From the NCBI GenBank assembly GCA_046563655.1, contig CM102288.1, forward strand, positions 248,001 through 312,000: a stretch of DNA of 64,000 nucleotides, in the 5' to 3' direction. This document shows positions 27,805-39,615 of the stretch, in pieces. The notes beneath the pieces are model-generated. The model did not search any database. It saw only the letters and a program-made list of their open reading frames with translations, and was not told where the DNA came from. This DNA is from Yuukianura sp. NJ FZ-2021 (taxonomy: Eukaryota). Numbering within the stretch: position 1 is the first letter of the stretch; every line of letters begins with the position of its first letter. A program made the translations under genes and the position numbers.

Positions 27805-27993
27805 TTACGTTTTACATTTAAAAAAAAACGTATCTCATATGCGTTACTTACGTTTGTGGGTCAACGTCAATAGACAACAAGAGTAATATGTATGTACAAT
27901 TCGAAAATCGAAATTAAGTACTTTTAGATTAATTTAAGGTTGATGTTTGTTTACAAAACAAACCCCAAAAAAAAAGTAAACCTTTGTTGAATG

Positions 27994-28306
27994 CACAGGT
28001 GCTAATTGAGTGTAAAAAATTTTACCGCTCCGCTCCCTCGTCCGCATCGCTCCCGCTCCGCTCACAGCGGTCATAAAACTTTAACGACCGCCCGCTCCCG
28101 CTCACTCATGTGTTAACATAGGAGCGGGCGGAGCGAAGAGCGCCGCTCTTCATCAATTTTTGGCTTCGCTCCGCTCCCGCCCGCTCTTTCGCAAAATTTT
28201 TGTGGACCGCTCCGCTCCGCTCTTGGAGCGAAGAGCGGAGCGGTCACCGCTCTTCTAAAGAGCGATCGCTCTCAAAAGAGCGGCGCTCTCTCAATTAGCA
28301 CCAGTG
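27994..28306. mobile_element. 313-bp MITE with 17-bp TIRs and 8-bp TSD (P/hAT-type)
   Basis: TIRs CACAGGTGCTAATTGAG (27994-28010) and CTCAATTAGCACCAGTG (28290-28306), one mismatch. Direct repeat GTTGAATG at 27986-27993 and 28307-28314. GC-rich interior of CCGCTC/GAGCGG repeats. Confidence 0.9.
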
Positions 28307-29173
28307 GTTGAATGCAAAAAAAACTCTAGCTGTTTTTTTAGCTTTTTATTTCGCGCCATATTCAAATTCTGGAACGTTTACGTTTTAAAATGTCAACACT
28401 AAAAATGTTTAAACAAAAAAACCCGTTAAAATAATAAGTTATAATAATGCATATAAAATAATATATGAAAATAATTTTTAAGTAAATCACCACAAAAATC
28501 CACTTTTATTTATATTTTCGTCAGAATTCATAAACTAGACGAAATTCACAATGAAATTGAAGTAAAATTAATTTGCATATACTAAAACAATGTTCCAGCT
28601 GATTGGAACTTTACATTTGACTCCACCATAGAAAGCTACTCACCGTGAATTAAACAATTAGCAGATTAATTAACACATTTTATATAAATCAAAGTTACAC
28701 TATTTAATAAATGTGACTTCATCCAAAACTTATGTCCTTTTAGTCTTTGCCTTTCTTTTGCTTTTAGATTACAAAAGAATCACTTCCGATTTCTACAGTT
28801 CATTCAGTGTGTAAAATGTTCAAAAGTTACAATTGGACACATTACCACATGACCTGTGACCTCTTAAAAGTAATTTCTAAGATTGACATGACATTGCGTT
28901 AACTGTTACATTTTACATTGCACGATTAACTTGGGACAAGACGAATTGAAAATAAAAAGAACGATTAAGTGTCTTGTGTTTTTAATGATGGAGCAAATTG
29001 GAAGTTTTGCGGGACATTTCTAACTGCTTTCAAAAGTTTCGGTTTCTTTCCCACGTGAAAATAGATTGATTTGGCGAAAAGTTATAAATTTTGGGAGGAG
29101 GTGAGAATTTTTCAGTTTGCCGACATGTAGACTATTCTCTCCCGAAAAATTGCGAGTTTGTTGATGGAGATGT

Positions 29174-30412
29174 TTAGCGACGTCGCTTGCGACTGCTGGC
29201 GTCTTTGTCGGCCAAGAGGACGAGGATATGTTTGAAGATTGAAGCCAAGTCCATGAAGAGAGTGAGAGCATGCCAAACGAAGTCACGGTCTCCAATGCGA
29301 AACTTCTCCATGATTAGGTGAGTGTCGTACAGAATGAATGCACTCATCACACACAGTCCCAGCAACACTTGGATCTACATTGTTTAAAATTAAGGAAAAT
29401 TAACACAAATCTAAGCTGAGTAGGTTAAGAAGCTGTGAGTTGTCTTACGTAAGCAATTGACGCCGATCGGATGAAGATGTTCAAGATGGATGCCAAGATC
29501 ATTGTGCTGAGGATAGACATGAGCGGACCACCAAGTGCCAAATACTTTCCTTCTGGAGCAATCAAAGCGCTCACTGAGAAGCATGTGAAGATGACACAAG
29601 TGTAGAGCAGTGCTGAGATGACGATGGATGGATCCATGGCCCAAACGTATTCAATCAGTGGGCCGGTTGACAGTCCTGAAAAAGTCAATCGTTAGAAACT
29701 ATAACTACTACACTGAAATTGTTCCATTTGAAGAAAACGTTTTACCTGTACAGAGAGCCAGGCCGTTCAAGTACAGAAAACGTTTTCCATCCTCCTTTGC
29801 GTCTGAGTTGCGTGAAAAGGCCAAAGCCATTATGAATCCAAAGGAACCAAAAGCACTCAGCAATCCACCTTCCCAAAATCCTAAAAACGAACAAGAATTG
29901 TCAATTAATTTGAAGACGATGATTGTTGAATTCTGACATGACATTACCGTTCATGTGAATCATGGATCCGATGGCGGCAACAAGAGCTGCACTGGCAACT
30001 GAAGCGTACACATTACGCAAGTGGGACCGAATCGGCCCTTCCCTGAAACAAACCAAACATGTTAAGATTCTGTACGCGTCACATTGACATTCGCGAATCT
30101 CCCGGTGTCTGGTCCGGTTGCAATAAAAATGTTACTACATCAGGAAACTCATTGTACCAGTAGAAGATTAAGAGAGGAATATTTGCCTGATAAAACGTTA
30201 TGTTTTAAAGTTGAAAAGATTACACACTTCAAATTATACTGAAGTCGAATGACACAACAACTCACTTCAAGTTGAACTTTCAGCTAATAACCTGCTTGCT
30301 ACAACGCCAAACACCATTCGCATAAATGACGATAGTTTATGATTTATGTTCGTTTGTAAGTAACTTACAATTTGTTGTTCATCAAATTATTGAAGTTGGT
30401 CATGAACTCCAT
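29174..30412 (-). CDS. TMBIM6: Bax inhibitor-1
   Basis: PIRSHLRNVYASVA, GLSTGPLIEYV, IFTCFSVSAL and FILYDTHLIMEKFRIGDRDFVWHALTLFMDLASIFKHILVLLADK; multi-exon. Confidence 0.93.
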
Positions 30413-31210
30413 TTTGTTTCGGTTAAATGTTAAATCTGATTCTTTTGTCTCTTCTTGTTTGAATCGCTGTCACTGTTTCTCGTTTCAGCTGGCCTTCTTA
30501 AATCTTAAGTAAGGTTGTCCTTGTCGTTTCTACAACAAAATAGAACCATACATTCAATAGTTATAGTTAATTGAATAAATTGTTATTTGACCTTCGTCAA
30601 TTACTGTAGTTTTAATGCACTAGTTGCTTGCTAGAAACCAGATACTTCTGCTAAAAACAGAATGTGAAGGAAACCATATGTTTTGCTTACCTTTACTTTT
30701 CGGATTTAGAATGTAAGTCAGGTAATTGTAACTATTAATTGTAATGTAACAATTGAAATTTAGTTTATGACTTACGAGATGAAGTTGAATGTGAATGGAA
30801 TGAACGATAGACCGAGGGATACTAACCGAAATGTGATGTTGGTGGTTGACTGACGATGTGAAAAAGTCCACGTAGAATTGCAGTGGAAACGAAGGGTGAA
30901 AAAAAGAGACAGAAAGTGGGCGGGGTCGTCACCCACTTAACGTGACGCCATCAATCCACTCATCTCAAGTACCAAACAGTGTTTGGACAAATTCAGGAAT
31001 GTTCTGGAACTTAAATTACTAAACTTACACGTAAGTACTAAGCTAACGTAACTTTCCACTTTGAACAACTTTAATTAACTACTAACCAACTGATTTAGCA
31101 AAGTGGTTTGTTTGCAAGCTTGACCTTAAATTGGACAGCTGATGTTGCCGTTGTTCGATATTGGTCAAATGGAACGGAAATGATTTAATTACTTGGAATT
31201 TAGTAAACTG

Positions 31211-31919
31211 TTAATTGACATTTTGATTTAGTTGTGCTGGAGTTGCGGGATTGAGTACTTTGTCTCTGAATTGGAGGATGACACGGACCATGATCCAGTC
31301 ACCACTGGCCAGCATCACCCAGCTCAACCAGTCCGCCGCAAAGTTGTCTCCGAGGAATTTGAGCAGTGGAACTCCAGCAAGGGCACAGTAGAGTACTGGC
31401 ACTACGCCCAGCACAGTGTAGAAACGACTGTACGCCTTCAGCCAACGCTCACAAGCATCCTGCCGTTTCTAAAAAGCCCACTTTCTCTTGAACTTTGACC
31501 TGAATTTTTGGTCATTTATATAACTCCTAAGTTCCTTACCTTGTAAACACCCTCCCGGAGATGCAGTCCGTTTTTGACATTGAGGAACGCCATTCGGACT
31601 TAAGAAGACATAAAAAAAAACATGAATGTTATGAGAATGTTGAGAAAATAGAGCCGAGGTCAAAGGTCAACGAATTACAGAAACAGAGGAGACAAGCGGC
31701 AGTACTTGTCGCTGGACCACGCGGACCATCAATAAAGCACCAAAAGTTCAATCCCATTGCGGAAAGTAGCCGACCAAGTGTAAGAATCTTCAAAAAAGAA
31801 AGAACAGAAATGCTGTGAAATTTTTTTGAGCAGGAATTGGAAAACTGTGACAAACTTACGAAACTTAGCATAACCACACCCTTGGCTCGTTTCTCAAGAA
31901 CGTTCTGAACATCGACCAT
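31211..31919 (-). CDS. Small multi-pass membrane protein of unknown function
   Basis: ATG at 31919, four exons with GT-AG boundaries, several hydrophobic helices; last exon ...WLKAYSRFYTVLGVVPVLYCALAG...GDWIMVRVILQFRDK. Layout loosely resembles the 4-TM genes at 51-57 kb. Confidence 0.6.
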
Positions 31920-32509
31920 CTTCTACGTTGGATTGGAACGAACGAACTTGATACTTAGACTATCAATTGATTACTAATTAAGTAATTATTAATTAGAATT
32001 GCTTGGGCAATTTAACTTTAGCTATGCAAACGACATAAAAATTAACTAAAAAATTGAACAAAGAAGTTGCTTCCATATTTGGTTGAAAGTTTTAAATACA
32101 AAACGTCGCAAAATTTGAAAAACAGCAACGTAGTATCCACGTCATTTTATTCGAAAAGTCTCAAATAAATTAATCGAATATTTTAATCGACTACGTTTTT
32201 AAATTTTATCATTTATAATTTATAATTAATCACTTTTTATTCAGTACAAAAGGATAATTTTGCTTCATGAAGATTCCATAATTGCATTTGATTCGTCTCA
32301 TTCCAATTGGCGGTTTAAATGGATGCGACAACTGTCTTGAAGTAGCGGGAGTTTAAAATCCACTCAAGGCGTTTATAACGGAATGTCTAACGATGGGTGT
32401 CCATTTGAAGATAACTATAGCTTTCTCCTAATTTGCATAGTCAAAAAAGTTTAATTTACCAGAGGCGCCGTACCAGCAGCGGGGAACTGACGCAAATGCA
32501 GAAATGGGC

Positions 32510-32670
32510 AAATAAAATTAATTAAATTAAACAAAACTGAGTTTCAATTAATTTAGCAAATGAAATTAATTAAAATGAAATAAAATTGATTAAAATAAAA
32601 TAAAATTGAATTATCTGAATAAAATTGAATAAAGTAAAAGAAAATTGAATTATTTGAATGAAATTGAATG
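32510..32670. repeat. Degenerate AT-rich minisatellite (TAAAATTGAA-like)
   Basis: Repeated AATAAAATTGA/AAATTGAAT units just upstream of the satellite. Confidence 0.5.
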
Positions 32671-33014
32671 TGCTTAATTTTAGTAAGAACAGATTTAATC
32701 GGATTAAACTAAATCAAAGTGAAATATGAATTTGGAATTACGTTGACTTTCGAGTAAAATTAAATAAAGACTATAACTCAAATTAAGAACTATTGAGATT
32801 TGAATTGTATTAAAATAAGAAACTCCAGAAAACCATATGTGACTAGATTTGTATAGGATGATAAAATTAATAAATTGTATATTAGTATAATTCAAGTTGT
32901 TATGAGTGAATGAAGTTGGTGTTATTTAATTTTAATAAAAGTGGCATTAACTCAGACATGAATAATATAAACTAAAGGAAATAAATTCTTATGAATAATT
33001 CATAAGAATTTATT

Positions 33015-36000
33015 CCCAAAGGGGTACCTTGTCGTGGGTACCCATTCCGCGGTAGCTTTAAGCGGTTAGCACTGTCTCCGCGGTTCTAAACTAAAAAAAA
33101 ACGAGTTTTTTTTTTAGAAAAACCCAATGATGGCCACGCCCTTCAAAATAAAATTTTTTAATTTTTACACAAGGTACCCCAAAGGGGTACCTTGACGTGG
33201 GTACCCATTCCGCAGTAGGTTTAAGCGGTTAGCACTGTCTCCGCGGTTGTAAACTCCAAAAAAACAAGTAATTTTTTTAGGAAAACCCAATGGTGGCCAC
33301 GCACTTCAAAACAAAATTTTCTAATTTTTAAGAAAGGTACCCCAAAGGGGTACCTTGTCGTGGGTACCCATTCCGCGGTAGGTTTAAACGGGTGACAATT
33401 TCTCCGCGGTTATAAACTCCAAAAAAACATGATGTTTTTTGAGAAAAACCCAATGGTGGCCACGCCCTTCTAGACAAAATTTTCAAATTTTTAACAAAGG
33501 TACCCCAAAGGGGTACCTTGTCGTGGGTACCCATTCCGCGGTAGCTTTAAGCGGTTAGCACTGTCTCCGCGGTTCTAAACTCAAAAAAAAACAAGTTTTT
33601 TTTTGAGAAAAACCCAATGATGGCCACGCCCTTCAAAATAAAATTTTTTAATTTTTACACAAGGTACCCCAAAGGGGTACCTTGTCGTGGGTACCCATTC
33701 CGCGGTAGGTTTAAGCGGTTAACAATTTCTCCGCGGTTATAAACTCCAAAAAAACATGATGGTTTTTGAGAAAAACCAAGAACTGGCCACGCCCTTCAAA
33801 ACAAAATTTTCAAATTTTTACACAAGGTACCCCAAAGGGGTACCTTGTCGTGGGTACCCATTCCGGGTAGCTTTAAGCGGTTAGCACTGTCTCCGCGGTT
33901 CTAAACTAAAAAAAAAACAAGTTTTTTTTTGAGAAAAACCCAATGATGGCCACGCCCTTCAAAATAAAATTTTTTAATTTTTACACAAGGTACCCCAAAG
34001 GGGTACCTTGTCGTGGGTACCCATTCCGCGGTAGGTTTAAGCGGTTAACAATTTCTCCGCGGTTATAAACTCCAAAAAAACATGATGGTTTTTGAGAAAA
34101 ACCCAATGGTGGCCACGCCCTTCTTGACAAAATTTTCAAATTTTTAACAAAGGTACCCCAATGGGGTACCTTGACGTGGGTACCCATTCCGCGGTAGGTT
34201 TAAGCGGTTAGCACTGTCTCCGCGGTTGTAAACTCCAAAAAAAACAAGTTTTTTTTTGAGAAAAACCCAATGGTGGCCACGCACTTCAAAACAAAATTTT
34301 CTAATTTTTAAGAAAGGTACCCCAAAGGGGTACCTTGTCGTGGGTACCCATTCCGCGGTAGGTTTAAACGGGTGACAATTTCTCCGCGGTTATAAACTCC
34401 AAAAAAACATGATGGTTTTTGAGAAAAACCAAGAACTGGCCACGCCCTTCAAAACAAAATTTTCAAATTTTTACACAAGGTACCCCAAAGGGGTACCTTG
34501 TCGTGGGTACCCATTCCGCGGTAGCTTTAAGCGGTTAGCACTGTCTCCGCGGTTCTAAACTAAAAAAAAACAAGTTTTTTTTTGAGAAAAACCCAATGAT
34601 GGCCACGCCCTTCAAAATAAAATTTTTTAATTTTTACACAAGGTACCCCAAAGGGGTACCTTGTCGTGGTACCCATTCCGCGGTAGGTTTAAGCGGTTAA
34701 CAATTTCTCCGCGGTTATAAACTCCAAAAAAACATGATGGTTTTTGAGAAAAACCCAATGGTGGCCACGCCCTTCTAGACAAAATTTTCAAATTTTTACA
34801 CAAGGTACCCCAAAGGGGTACCTTGTCGTGGGTACCCATTCCGCGGTAGGTTTAAGCGGTTAACAATTTCTCCGCGGTTATAAACTCCAAAAAAACATGA
34901 TGGTTTTTGAGAAAAACCCAATGGTGGCCACGCCCTTCTAGACAAAATTTTCAAATTTTTAACAAAGGTACCCCAAAGGGGTACCTTGTCGTGGGTAGCC
35001 ATTCCGCGGTAGCTTTAAGCGGTTAACACTGTCTCCGCGGTTCTAAACTCAAAAAAAAACAAGTTTTTTTTTGAGAAAAACCCAATGATGGCCACGCACT
35101 TCAAAACAAAATTTTCAAATTTTTACACAAGGTACCCCTTTGGGGTACCTTGTGTAAAAATTTGAAAATTTTGTTTTGAAGGGCGTGGCCAGTTCTTGGT
35201 TTTTCTCAAAAACCATCATGTTTTTTTTTGAGTTTAGAACCGCGGAGACAGTGTTAACCGCTTAAAGCTACCGCGGAATGGCTACCCACGACAAGGTACC
35301 CCTTTGGGGTACCTTTGTTAAAAATTTGAAAATTTTGTCTAGAAGGGCGTGGCCACCATTGGGTTTTTCTCAAAAAACATCATGTTTTTTTGGAGTTTAT
35401 AACCGCGGAGAAATTGTCACCCGTTTAAACCTACCGCGGAATGGGTACCCACGACAAGGTACCCCTTTGGGGTACCTTTCTTAAAAATTAGAAAATTTTG
35501 TTTTGAAGTGCGTGGCCACCATTGGGTTTTTCTCAAAAAAAAACTTGTTTTTTTTTGAGTTTAGAACCGCGGAGACAGTGCTAACCGCTTAAAGCTACCG
35601 CGGAATGGGTACCCACGACAAGGTACCCCTTTGGGGTACCTTTGTTAAAAATTTGAAAATTTTGTCTAGAAGGGCGTGGCCACCATTGGGTTTTTCTCAA
35701 AAACCATCATGTTTTTTTGGAGTTTATAACCGCGGAGAAATTGTTAACCGCTTAAACCTACCGCGGAATGGGTACCCACGACAAGGTACCCCTTTGGGGT
35801 ACCTTGTGTAAAAATTAAAAAATTTTATTTTGAAGGGCGTGGCCAAGGTTTCTATAGCAACGAAATGCTTTAAGAGGTTTGGCAATAAGTCCTGTTTACA
35901 AAAAAATTCGCTCCAAACAATTTTTTACTCTGATTTTCCTCCAATCCCATTTGATTGCATATAAATCATTACCATAGGAAAGCTCGGTGAGCCAAGTTTT

Positions 36001-37017
36001 GCTAATTTTTAAACAAAATTTAAAACGCTTGAGTTATTGCCTAACCTATTGAAGAAAAAACTATTTTCTTGTTTACAAACCTTGGGCGTGGCCATCATTG
36101 GGTTTTTCTCAAAAAAAAACTTGTTTTCTTTGAGTTTAGAACCGCGGAGACAGTGCTAACCGCTTAAAACTACCGCGGAATGGGTACCCACGACAAGGTA
36201 CCCCTTTGGGGTACCTTGTGTAAAAATTTGAAAATTTTGTTTTGAAGGGCGTGGCCAGTTCTTGGTTTTTCTCAAAAACCATCATGTTTTTTTGGAGTTT
36301 ATAACCGCGGAGAAAATGTTAACCGCTTAAACCTACCGCGGAATGGGTACCACGTCAAGGTACCCCTTTGGGGTACCTTGTGTAAAAATTGGAAAATTTT
36401 GTCTAGAAGGGCGTGGCCACCATTGGGTTTTTCTCAAAAAAAAACTTGTTTTTTTTTAGTTTAGAACCGCGGAGACAGTGCTAACCGCTTAAAGCTACCG
36501 CGGAATGGCTACCCACGACAAGGTACCCCTTTGGGGTACCTTTGTTAAAAATTTGAAAATTTTGTCTAGAAGGGCGTGGCCACCATTGGGTTTTTCTCAA
36601 AAACCATCATGTTTTTTTGGAGTTTATAACCGCGGAGAAATTGTTAACCGCTTAAACTTACCGCGGAATGGGTACCCACGACAAGGTACCCCTTTGGGGT
36701 ACCTTGTGTAAAAATTAAAAAATTTTATTTTGAAGGGCGTGGCCATCATTGGGTTTTTCTCAAAAAAAAACTTGTTTTTTTTTGAGTTTAGAACCGCGGA
36801 GACAGTGCTAACCGCTTAAACCTACCGCGGAATGGATACCCACGACAAGGTACCCCTTTGGGGTACCTTTCTTAAAAATTAGAAAATTTTGTTTTGAAGT
36901 GCGTGGCCACCATTGGGTTTTTCTCAAAAAAAAACTTGTTTTTTTTTTGAGTTTAGAACCGCGCAGACAGTGCTAACCGCTTAAAGCTACCGCGGAATGG
37001 GTACCCACGACAAGGTA
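33015..37017. repeat. ~163-bp tandem satellite arranged as an inverted (foldback) array
   Basis: About 13 monomers in one orientation (33015-35138) and about 10 inverted (35142-37017). Each monomer contains the hairpin AAGGTACCCC-AAA-GGGGTACCTT, two CCGCGG sites and A/T tracts. Confidence 0.97.
35844..36084. mobile_element. 241-bp MITE inserted in the satellite, 8-bp TSD (hAT/P-type)
   Basis: Ends CAAGGTTT...AAACCTTG. GGCGTGGC is duplicated at 35836-35843 and 36085-36092. Removing the insert and one copy restores the monomer sequence GAAGGGCGTGGCCATC. Confidence 0.9.
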
Positions 37018-37050
37018 AGATAAGCGATAAACTATGGCACTAAATTCCAG

Positions 37051-37482
37051 GTTGTGGAGAGAAGCAAAACGTTCCGAGCGGGGAGCCGGGACAGTCGAAT
37101 CCGAACTTATTTTTATGGACGGATCGGTGGGCAAGTTCTGCATCCACATTCGTTCCAAGTGAAACTTTCCGAAGTAATCTACAAAATCGGAAGTCCAGCT
37201 GTTCCATCATCTTGTCTCCCACTGGGCATGAAAGTGGACGAATCCCGAACAAAGTTAGTCCCAGTAACACCGACGACTCAGCAGTTGCTGCATAAACTGC
37301 TCGCAATAAGTTTCGCTTCTGCTGCTGACGAAGACGTAATCCGGAAGAATGTTGCTGGTTACGTCTGTGTGACGGACATTGACGTGGAAAAGGGACGCAT
37401 GACTGTTCTATCGCCGTCACCCGGACCACTCCCCAAGTTACTTCTTCTCCTTTCGGACATTCAGTTTATGGATTCCCAATAA
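37051..37482 (+). CDS. CLP1: CLP1 polyribonucleotide 5'-kinase, terminal exon only (upstream exons not found in window)
   Basis: After acceptor TTCCAG: VVERSKTFRAGSRDSRIRTYFYG...YKIGSPAVPSSCLPLGM...NVAGYVCVTDIDVEKGRMTVLSPSPGPLPK...DIQFMDSQ*, matching the CLP1 C-terminal domain. Confidence 0.88.
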   Translation, partial: VVERSKTFRAGSRDSRIRTYFYGRIGGQVLHPHSFQVKLSEVIYKIGSPAVPSSCLPLGMKVDESRTKLVPVTPTTQQLLHKLLAISFASAADEDVIRKNVAGYVCVTDIDVEKGRMTVLSPSPGPLPKLLLLLSDIQFMDSQ

Positions 37483-39615
37483 CTATTTCTGTTTTTACAT
37501 TAAGAATCAGAATAAGAATTTCGTCAACGTTGTCATTTTAGACTGTCCAAGTGACAACACGCTGATCACTAATTAATTAACTTAAATTAAATTTAATAAT
37601 CATTCACCTTAAGTAATTTAAAAAATACTTTCGATGCCCATATGCGATTTTGCATTGCTTCGGCTGTATGGTATCACGTAAACTGAAAACAGGGTGAAAG
37701 TCCATAGTTAACTATGGGAGAAAGCTATAGATATCTCCAAGTTATTATGGGTTGTCTAACGTAAGTGTTGACAATAACAACTTTAATTACGTATTGTTTA
37801 ATTTTATTTAAGCTAAACCAAGTAATTAAGTTTAGCTTAATTAACTCTGACTCATCACTCATCAACACCATCGCATTCTCATTTCTTTTACAGGTTCTGA
37901 CAGCAGTTGATTGGACTTCTGGAGCCCACTTATCAATCCGATTGGTCCAATTCAACGCTTTTAGCCTTTTAGCCGTTTCTGGAATGTAAGACTTTGAGAT
38001 CCGGGTATTACTTGATGTTATTTTGAGCTCAAAACCTGAAACCAAGGTTGTTTACTTGGAAGGACTAAGAATTTGGACATTTAAAGGCCGTTCCCACAAA
38101 GCAAGCAGGATTTTGTTCACAGGTATACTTTCAATACTAAATTTCAGAGGGATGAATCTTAGAAGAATGCGTTCTTATTATTACAGAGGAGGCTGCAGGC
38201 TACAAAGGCAGGTGAATTCCAAAACAGAGGCAAATCAACGTCTCAAGCACCACACCATACCTGCAATGCAAAGGAAACGATGAAGGTAGCATTTGGTATG
38301 AAGTTCCTTCAGTTCATTTCTAACGTCGTGACGGTAAACACTAAGACTGTGGACATTGGATCTCTCTAAGGTACGATTCTCAGGACTTTCACTTTGTAGT
38401 TTTCAGAATTTCAAGTTGTGTTTCAACCTAACATTTCAGAATTTGAAGTTGACCGTCGTGAAACGGTTGTTAGGATGGTCGGATCCAGTCCAAAAGTGGT
38501 CTTACCGTAACAATCACCTTTGCTTTGTATTTAAAGACGACTTCAATTCGAACGGGCCGGTAGGTATCGAAACAAGTTTTTGGCCAACCCTCTCACATTC
38601 AAGATCTGCACATCTTCGTCCCACAATTTGTGAAGTTTTGAGAGACTATCAAAACCTAAGTTTTAGTGCCTGTGAATTAAACTTGAAACAAGTTTTGAAG
38701 ACTATAAGTTTTATAGTGCTGACGAAGGATTGGAGTCAAAGTGGTTAAGTTTTACCCGGTTGCTCCTTCCTTGTGTTCCTGGCGACGACGTGACTTTTAC
38801 TACCTCATCTTATACTTTTTTTGGTGAAATCAAATGACCGTGGCCAATTGGATTCTTGGTGTGAAAAAGAAGTGGACTTTACCAAGGTTCTGATTACTCT
38901 CTTCCTGGATTTTTTACATTTCAACAATTTAACAATTTAGTTACAAAAATTGAACCTATTGTGTTTCTTTGAGCAGATCGTGTTAAATTTGTGGGCGGAG
39001 CAATAGTTAATCGACTTCCGTAGATCAAGCAATTGGATATATTCAAGTGACACGCAATTTTGTGGACTGGGAATTCAGGGCGATCGAACAAAATACCCGA
39101 AAAAGTGTCCCGCTTTTTTGTTGAAGAAAAAGAGTGAGTGAAAGTATTTTTGTTTCCAAAGTTTTCATCAACAGTCTCGTTTGAGCCGTCAGAGTGGATT
39201 GACCTCTCTTACTACAAAGTGGACTGACCTCTCCACGTAATACTACGGAAACAAAAGTTTAAAAAGCGCAAAAATTCTTGCAAATTAAAACAACTCAAGC
39301 CGGATGCAACTTTTAGTTGGTGTTGAATTTACGATTTCTGCATAACTCCACCTTCTTTGACTCATTTCGTCTTTTTTTTTCTTAGAACAGTGACGATGAA
39401 GTGAATTTTGTGGATGCTGGATGTTACTACAGTGTTAATTACAATTTGTGACCTTGTGATGGAACACAACAATAATCACGGTAACGCCAAACGCAACCTT
39501 GGATCTCTGGATGGACACAAAAACGTCTTAAAAATTGCACAAAAAAGCTTCATTTGACTCTAAAACGCTCTTCAGAAGTTGATTTCTTGTGTTCATTCAT
39601 AAATTGACATTGACA

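Noticed and set aside
30044..30367. Possible snoRNA or RNase P RNA in the long first intron of Bax inhibitor-1
   Set aside because: Only short stems and one ACA; no convincing box arrangement or RNase P conserved regions.
33328..36711. Repeated 68-70 aa ORFs (MGTHDKVPLWG...)
   Set aside because: By-products of the satellite monomer; frames are broken by homopolymer length variation.
33015..37017. CRISPR-like array (palindromic repeat at regular spacing)
   Set aside because: The intervening sequences are near-identical rather than unique spacers, there are no cas genes, and the context is eukaryotic.
37714..37989. Possible two-exon gene starting MGESYRYLQ
   Set aside because: The obvious splice leads to an immediate stop; no recognisable product.
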